Source: Octopus sinensis
Lineage: Eukaryota
Direction of reading: 5' to 3'
Assembly (NCBI RefSeq): GCF_006345805.1
Contig: NC_043021.1
Coordinates: forward strand, 22,630,001 to 22,694,000
Length of the DNA stretch: 64,000 nt
Below the pieces are notes generated by a model. That model searched no databases and was not told the DNA's origin. It saw nothing but the letters and a program-made list of their open reading frames with translations. The position numbers were made by a program, and so were the translations under genes. This document shows positions 55,548 to 64,000 of the stretch, one piece after another (position 1 is the first letter of the stretch; each line of letters starts with the position of its first letter).

Positions 55548-55815
55548 AGAGATGGGAAGTTCAGTACATTATTTACATTTGGCGGATATTTGTCTTCATC
55601 TTGTCAGTAAGCTCAGCATTTCGGCTCCAGTCTTCATACCTTCCAGTCTTCATCAGGTGTCTTGGGGAAATTTCGAATTCCCATTCCAAAAGTATTTTTC
55701 GATATCATTATTATTATTATTATATTATTATTATTATTATTCAGGTCACTGCCTGGAATCGAACTCGGACTCTTGGGGCTAGTAGCCCGCGCTCTTAACC
55801 ATTACTCCATATGCC
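55548..55815 (-). mobile_element. tRNA-headed SINE with (AAT)n linker and hammerhead-like 3' part
   Basis: A-box TGGAGTAATGG (55799-55809), B-box GAGTTCGATTCC (55755-55766), then CTGATGA...GAAA at 55656-55619. Confidence 0.65.
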
Positions 55816-57734
55816 ATATGTATGCCATATTTCCTAACCTTGCACTTGCTGACACACCTATACTCTTAATACTACTCGTCACATAATGGCTGTTATTGTA
55901 GTCTCTGAAGTAATTACAGTCAATTTGATACTAGATTTACTCATAAAAGCAACATTTCCGTTCACTGAATAATTTTCCGTTATACCAAATGAAAAACATA
56001 AAAAATCATCAACAAAAAACAAGTATATGGTGGAAAAAACAATAAATTTCAGAAACTGCAACGTTTTTCATAAGGAAGACAACCAAATGTTTTCTTTCAT
56101 CGCCATAAGGCCTAGCATTTTGAGGAAGGTGAATAGTCGAAGTATTACTTATCTTATCGACCTCAAAAGAACGAAATGCAAAGCTGGTGTTGACAGGACT
56201 TGAACTCAGAACGTAACGCCTGAAGAAATATCCTTAACCTTGTTACCCAGTGCGTGACGATTCCACTACTTCACCGCTGCAACAATATGGAGTAATGATA
56301 CACGACACATCTCCTCAGACATTAGTTCGAATATTTCAATAGTTCTGCTTTCTGTTCATGGTGTCCCTCCATAATGGATGTAGTTTAAATAACGAGACTT
56401 TTGGAGCAATAGGTCACGATAGGTGATCTACGCTGTTAAGGATAAGAACGAGTACAGTACATGCGTAGTATAGACATTGTGAAAATAAATGTCAAAATCT
56501 AGCGTTTCTAATAGGCCCTTATAGGAGGTTATTTTCGTCTTTTGTAAGGAACAAAATGATACAAACAGATAGGAATCGAAGAAGAAAATATATAAAAAGA
56601 GATCCTATTTGATAACGAGGGGTTGGGTCTAAATTCGCTTAGATTGGAACGTGTTCAAAGAGCAAATGCAATCACCAAGTATGCAGGTGAAAAATAAAAT
56701 GTATGAAGATCAGGAGAAGATAAGACGACTCGATAATGATCGATATAAGAAGCTGGTGATTTTTCAGTGCACGAAGTCGTAATGAGTTTTCTTTTTAGAC
56801 ATGGAAAGAAGAGTATGCCTGTATATTCATATAAGTTCTCATGCATATATTTCTTCCTGTGAAAGCGTACACACACACACATATATTCTATACGCATATA
56901 TGCTTGTATATATATAGATATAATAGTGTATGTCTGAGTTCATAACAATTGAATTACGTTTGTTATTGTTGAGCAAATTTAAGAATAATAATGAAGCATT
57001 TATTGATGTGTGTGCTTCTATTCTAATATACATATAGACATGAACGCAATTCTTATATTCCCAGCATTTCATTATTGAATGTATTGTCTTTTACAGTCTG
57101 TGTTTTGATAGAGTAAAACTGATTTGATTGAAGGTGACCTTGGCATATTTGTCAGTAGGAAATTTTTATATTGTTTTTCTTTTTTTTTACACTTGTGGAA
57201 TTATTTTAAAACGGTGTCTTTTCACTGGCAGCAATTTTGATGCTGTCCGTATTGAGCTAGTGCCAGAAAAATGTATGATGATAGATGTGAATAGAACAGC
57301 AACATATTCTAAAAGAAGGAAGCGTGCTGCAAAAGACGCCTTGATCTTTCATGCAAAGTTTTCAGAAATAAGCATACGATATTACAGATGTGACAGAAGC
57401 ATCTGATAGAGAATTTCATATCGTTGGCTCTTTTACGTGGCAGTAATTTTTCGCATCCTCTCTCCGCGGGACACGTTAACATGAAGTATTTAGTAGAAAA
57501 TATGGAATTCATTTACTTCAATAAAAATGACGCTAATAGAGATCTAACCATTTTTAAGGGAAATGTGATATCGTCTCGTTTATTCATTTGACTGGTGGCA
57601 ATTGGCTGGGGGTAATAACAAAGAACCGAATCCTAAATATTGATGTACTGTTTCAAAATATTATTTCAGCACTATTTCAAACGTCGTTCGCTCTTGGTAT
57701 CAATAACGTGATATATACATATATATATATAAAA

Positions 57735-57772
57735 TAATGATAATAATGATAATAATAATAAAAATAATAAGC

Positions 57773-57806
<34 letters not shown>

Positions 57807-57856
57807 GCATAATAATAATATTAATAATAATAATGATAATAATAATATTGATTATA
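57735..57856. repeat. (AAT)n microsatellite
   Basis: Direct inspection. Confidence 0.95.
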
Positions 57857-58128
57857 ACTCCAAACTTACAGGGAAAAATTCAATTTAGCATTAAATCAAA
57901 TTTCACAGTATACATATATAAAATATATCACTGTTTCTGTTGCATAATAGTCGTTTTATCTCTAATCCATATTATATATATATATACAACTCATAAATAA
58001 GGGCAAACGAAAATATTTTCTAATGCCAAATATGCCGAAATTAGACACCCTGTCCATAACCATATAATTTATCACAATACGCACGATACTCAAAAAAGGT
58101 CGACAGAAATTTCTTAAACATTCCATTA

Positions 58129-58188
58129 TTATCATATCGGACCGATTTCAGGGTTAGTTCATAAGAACCCTCCCTTTGTCAGTGATAA
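58129..58188 (-). ncRNA. Type I hammerhead ribozyme (G8 to A in this copy) with adjacent inverted partial duplicate
   Basis: TTATCA CTGACAA AGGG...GTTC-ttat-GAAC...CCCT GAA ATCGG-t-CCGAT A TGATAA. The inverted copy at 58191-58224 has canonical CTGAGGA. Confidence 0.75.
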
Positions 58189-58219
58189 ATTTATTACTGA
58201 GGAAGGGAGGGTTCTTATG

Positions 58220-58258
<39 letters not shown>

Positions 58259-58537
58259 TTGGTGTGTAACGTCATCCAGCAAGCATTATTTTCCGTAGAT
58301 TCTCGCTACTAACGAAATTCAAGTAGGGAGAAATACTCATTTAGGAATACCACCAATGCTGTGTACAATTTCAGATATTTATCTTTTAATATTATATGTC
58401 GAATACCAACTCTCAATTGTATATCTGTTTTAAATATGCGAAATGCATTGCTATTTGAAGTAGTACTGCTTTTGTCTCTCTTTACCAATCTTGTATAACG
58501 TATTTCATCTATGTCAGTCTGTCTATATATTACCTAG

Positions 58538-58573
<36 letters not shown>

Positions 58574-58595
58574 ATATATATATATATATATATAT

Positions 58596-58988
58596 ACTCT
58601 TTTACTTGTTTCAGTCATTTGACTGCGGCCATGCTGGAGCACCGCCTTTAGTCGAGCAAATCGACCCCGGAACTTATTCTTTGTAATCCCAGTACTTATT
58701 CTATCGGTCTCTTTTGCCGAACTGCTAAGTGACGGGGACGTACACACACCAGCATCGGTTGTCAAGCAATGCTGGGGGACAAACACAGACACACAAACAT
58801 ATACACACATATATATACATATATACGACGGGCTTCTTTCAGTTTCCGTCTACCAAATCCACTCACAAGGCATTGGTCGGCCCGAGGCTATAGTAGAAGA
58901 CACTTGCCCAAGATGCCACGCAGTGGGACTGAACCCGGAACCATGTGGTTGGTAAGCAAGCTACTTACCACACAGCCACTCCTGCGCC
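58596..58988 (-). mobile_element. SINE family A, full length and young
   Basis: Reverse-complement near identity to the 1703 and 30570 copies. Confidence 0.95.
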
Positions 58989-60359
58989 TATATATATATA
59001 CATACACGGTTGAACACAAGCTCTGTTTTATGATGAAATATAATGAAATGAGATGTTTTAAATTTCCCCAGAAGATTATGTTAATTTATGCTCCGAAGCT
59101 TAGTCTAATAACAACACGAGTATTTTACTGCATCTCTCATTACTTTAGCAATTATTTGAAATCTATGCAATATATTTCGACAGACATGTGATAACAAATG
59201 AGTTAAGTGCATATTTAAGCACGAGTGCTAATTTTCTCAATGGCGTACAGGAATTATGGAGATGTTGGGTATTATCTTTGATGTTAGTAATTTCATATGT
59301 TAAAAATAAATTTAAAAGCCCACCATGTAAGTTTCCAGGCTGATTTGATTCCAACTTAAAAGTAATTTAAAAGCCACAAGCAGAAGGCGTTTCTCTTTAA
59401 CTGTTGAATAATAGTAGGATTTACTGCGAAAAGTGATATTTATTCACGTTATATTCCACCCTTGATATATAAAAGAAACATATACTAAAATGTATATATT
59501 AAATCTAATACGTATATAGACAACAATTCTCAAATATGTAAATGATCACAACCAATACAGAAAAATTTCAAACGATTGGGTTGGCGCATTATATAATTAT
59601 TACTGCGGCTTTTTCCATAAATCTATTCAACAAAAACAATAACAGCACCTAATAAAAACATCTTTAAATGATTCTTCCGGAGCATATTCACCATCTACTT
59701 CAATTACAGCTTCCCGTTTGCATATATATATATGTATGGTAGATAAAGTTGGAAAAGGTACAGAAGTATGTTTTAGAGACTGTTTCATATATTACATGTT
59801 ATCAAATATTAAGAATAATAATTTTGGAAGTCAAAGAGAGAAAAAATTAGGGGGTAAAACTTTGTACCCACGTTCTTAATGACATTTTACTACATAAACA
59901 TATACACACATAAACGAACGAGCACACATTTATAATAAAGGCAAAGAGTGTTGACACGGACTTAAATGTTTCAGCCAGCACTTTATTTTCAGACTACTCG
60001 ACAACTGTTAGGGAAGCACAAAATTCGAGGTCACTGTCAACGTTGTTCCTGTTATAGAATCATCAAAACTTTATTCTACAAATACGATAAAGTAATATTT
60101 CATTTTAATATGAAATTACTCTTATAGAGTCAGATAAAAATAAATATTGCGTTTGTATATTCATCTTGTTTCGGTGAGAACGGGGTAGAACAAAGAAGTC
60201 AGCTCGCCACCGCATTAATTCCAAGATATCCTGCGAAGGGATCCTTACTGTGAGATGTTAAAATACAATATCTACTATTATTATTTCTTGCATTGTTCCA
60301 GCTTCCCGAGACAATAAAACCTGTGTGTGTGTGTTATAACATCACACACACACTCACGT

Positions 60360-60576
60360 AGATATATATATATATATATATAAAACACATGCATACATAC
60401 ATATATACACACATGCATACATATATATACACATATGCATATATACCAACATATACACACACAAATATACATACATACATATACCTACAAATATAAAAAC
60501 ATATATACATATAAACATATAAATACACTTACATACAAATATGCATACAAACATATACACATACATACATATACAT

Positions 60577-60629
<53 letters not shown>

Positions 60630-60635
60630 CATACG
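60360..60635. repeat. Degenerate TA/CA microsatellite
   Basis: Direct inspection. Confidence 0.9.
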
Positions 60636-60699
60636 CTTTACTGTCTGTTCTCTGTTGTGCACGAGTTATAAAATTAGAGCATTACGCGATGCTTCTGTG

Positions 60700-62000
60700 T
60701 AAGAATAGCAGACATTTTCTCCTGACATTTTGAACTTTGCATATACCAATAACTTTCATTTGCCATTTTACGTTATAGCTTCCATTGTGTTTGTACGATT
60801 CTGTGGTTAATTTTTATCCTTTGTTATGCAGAGTGTTTGCTTTGTTTTTTATGGGATATTTCTACTTCACGTATTTATCTACAAACGTTTCTTTCTACTC
60901 GTCTGAGAGATTCTGTACTTTTATGGTTATGTGGCTTTAATCCTTGTAAACTCTTTGTTTATCATCTTGAAGCATTTTATTTGGCTTTCTTTCTTATATA
61001 TATATTATCCTATACCAATTTTTTCCTCATTATTTGCCTACTGTCTGTAGATCTTATCGTTCATTCCATACGTTGTTTTCAGTTAACATTCTTTTATACA
61101 TATATTATTATTATTACTATTATTATTATTATTCATATCTGTTCAGAGGAGTGGCTGATATTTCTGTGTACTTGCTTACGATTTCAAATAGATTTCTATA
61201 ACGTTTCTTTTTCGGTTAATTTCCTGCTAAAGATTTTGATTCCAGACTACGTTTTGTTGTGTATTTCTATTTTTCGACATCACTACTTGTAGTTACTGTA
61301 GTTACTGTTTTTAGTTCTGGCATTCATTTTATTTTTAATTTCATACCAATTGCATCTATATCATATATTTCTCGTATAATTATTTCCAATGCACGATTAT
61401 CTTCCACCATTAAAAAGACTATTTTCTTATGTTATATAACCTATTGCTGGCTTGTGATATATGTCAAATTTTATTAATGTTTTTGCTTCGAGTGTTTCTG
61501 CAATTTCCTCTATCATGCTTTCTGGATGACTGCGTTTAGTCTAAAGAAATTCATTCCAGTTCTTTTCGTATTCTTATTGAGAGGATCTCGATTTGACGTT
61601 AGCTGTTCCTTTTTCTTTTTTTCTTCGGCTATTAGAGTTATATTAGCATTTAAGTTGTTGCAGTTGTCGAAATTATTTAGTCCCATGCCTGATCGAGCAA
61701 ATCTACAATGAAAGAGGTTCCTGTTATCACATCCTGTATTTTGTCGAGGCAAATTGTATTTAATTTTACGTTATTCATTGTCTCAATTCATGTTATCGGG
61801 AATGAATGTGTGTGTTGTTTACAGCAATTGAAGGTTATTCTTTTCTTAGAAACATTGTCTCACTTTCAATTCTTTCGCTGTTTCATGTTGCATTTACCTC
61901 TTTCATTTGTTCTGTCTTTTCCTATAACTTTCTGATTCTCTACTTTTATATCGTTACTTTAATATATATAAATATCTATTATTGTGTTCGATAATATTCA
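60700..62000 (-). mobile_element. Possible very old non-LTR retrotransposon relic
   Basis: Strong T skew on the + strand; minus strand NRNLFHCRFARSGMGL is reminiscent of the LYxxRxxGGxGL motif. Confidence 0.25.
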
Positions 62001-63088
62001 CCGAGATATCGACAAATATTGAAGAGCTTGTTCGGTATATTTCTTTGATTTTAATGTTGTTTAATCCCAAGTCCACCCACAAGGAACATAGCTAAGATCA
62101 AACGGTTTCAAGACGAGATCAATATTAGCGTCCAAAACAGTTACAATGATTACAGTGTATCATTCGGGAGGCGGCAAGCTGTCATTTCGGGTTGATTTAG
62201 TATATTAGTAATTTATAGCAGCTGGAGACCCCCGTAGATTTGCTCTCGTTGTATGGTGTGCAATTCTCGAATTAGTTGGTTTACAGTTTCTCAAGCGTTG
62301 TGTTTCAATGTGTGTAGTGAAATTTATTGACATGATTTGGTGGTTTTGTATCATAGAAAAGAAAACAGCTTTTATTTTTCATAGAATTCATATACTGAGC
62401 GTATTGTATTTCTTTCTCTTAATTCCACAGCTTTTATTTGAATGTTCTATGTGGCAACAGTAAGGTGCTATGTCATAGCATCTGACACAGTCAGGGATCC
62501 TCAACGTGGTCGTTCAAATTCCAACCTATAGTAGAAAATTTCATTCGAATACTTCGATTTAAAAAGATGAGATATTGAAAAGTTGGTTCTCTTATTTCTA
62601 GTTCTGATCTGGAACTTAACAAAAGCCAACACCATGATTCTGATTAAAGTCAATAAGTGGACTTCTCCATAATCTGTCGAAACAATAGTCAAATAATAAC
62701 TTTTAAAATGCAACCACATCATGAGGAAACTTGCATCTTATCCAAGAACACATGTTTCAAGGGTGATCATAAAAGTGGGCCGGCTTCATCAGTAATGACC
62801 ATAGCGTAAACATGAAAACCATGACAGGTATTGTATTACATATTCTAATATTTTGTCAGGAAGAAAGCTTCCTACACAGAATTTCCTGAAAGAATGGTGG
62901 AGGCAAAAGGAAGTAATCTTCAAACGAAACAACTCGTCCAAATTTACAACACTCTGAACTTCACTGAAGGTACGCAAAATGCCACTTGTGTGTGTGTGTG
63001 TGTTTGTATGTGTGTGTATGTGTGTGTATGTGTATAGGAAGTGGTGACGGGTAACTGAGAGATGAATTAAGTCTACCACATACGTAAC

Positions 63089-63333
63089 CAACGGAAATTG
63101 AACTCAAAACGCCAATATATATATATGTGTGTGTCTGTGTGTGTTTGTGTGTCTGTGCTTGTCCCCCTAGCATTGTTTGACAACCGATGCTGGTGTGTTT
63201 ACCTCCCCGTCACTTAGCGGTTCGGCAAAAGAGACCGATATAATAAGTCCCGGGGTCGATTTGCTCGACTAAAGGCGGTGCTCCAGCATGGCCGCAGTCA
63301 AATGACTGAAACAAGTAAAAGAGTAAAGAGTAA
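63089..63333 (+). mobile_element. 5'-truncated SINE family A with internal deletion
   Basis: Body and tail match; lacks the segment between the two aataagt motifs. Confidence 0.92.
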
Positions 63334-64000
63334 ATATCACCATGAAACATGGCAAACGTTTTCTTTTTACTGTTTTGCAGATGAAGCACTATGGTTGGTT
63401 TGTTTGTTTCCTTTTCTCTATCCTTAAATTTGTACTTCTTGTGATATGACCTGTATACAGTAACCACGCGAATAAATTTCGCAAAGCCATTGCATTTCTC
63501 GTATTCTATAGACTTAAGAAACGGAAGAACAATTTTATTTGTATTGCGTTTAAAATAGATTTTCTTGCTGGGTGGAAAAAAGCGAAAGATTCACGGCTGT
63601 ACATTTCTTTGATGTACTTCTTCAGACAAAACTGATTTCGAGATAATGAACGATAGAAACAACACGATACTTATTTACAATCGACCTGCATTCACACTAG
63701 AAAAAGATAAAGAATATTTGTATTGTTATTTTTATTGCTGTTCAGTCCCAGTTCAACGCTGATTAAGAAAAACCTTGTCAAAACACTTCCAGCTATAACA
63801 GTATTGTGTATTGTTTTTTAACACCATATATCTAAATAATGCAGAATCCAATTTAGACTAGTGTCTCATTTTATAGATGTTAGCGTGTGATTTCTTGCAG
63901 ATCAACTGTCTATACTGGAGCTAAAACATACTCGATTTAATTTAGTTATTATCATTGTAAATTCAATTGTCCTAGAAAATTTTCGATTTTTTTTCAAGCA

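Noticed and set aside
55744-55815. tRNA gene (also the heads at 7829 and 1703)
   Set aside because: A and B boxes are present but there is no proper acceptor stem or cloverleaf; these are SINE heads.
62745-62800. Minus-strand CTGATGA...GAAACATGT hammerhead-like boxes (also about 36775-36800)
   Set aside because: Stems I and II do not form adequately; position 17 is G in the first case.

Overview
AT-rich, microsatellite-dense eukaryotic DNA. The SINE families and (TA)n/(CA)n/(TACA)n load point to an octopus (coleoid cephalopod) genome; this is from recognition of the repeats, not a search. No complete protein-coding gene is visible and nearly all listed ORFs are microsatellite or SINE artefacts. 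The window holds about 12 copies of a tRNA-headed CORE-like SINE (family A), about 20 mostly decayed copies of a second tRNA-SINE (family B), and a third tRNA-SINE (family C). It also holds relics of a Tc1/mariner transposase, an RTE-type LINE, a CR1/L2-type LINE 3' end and a Ty3/gypsy pol. The best host-gene evidence is a + strand exon pair at 37054-37194 and 37636 onward, giving alternative C-termini YYETV* or TRHFV*. The most interesting signal is a set of sequence-unrelated, non-coding elements, mostly in or beside (TA)n tracts, each with a minimal type-I hammerhead ribozyme fold (Penelope-like/retrozyme architecture). They include a young 556-nt monomer with an identical 107-nt terminal redundancy, a G3-C8 covariant-core hammerhead, a hammerhead with an inverted duplication, and a tRNA-headed SINE with a hammerhead-like tail. 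Every copy deviates somewhere from the canonical fold, so activity is unproven.
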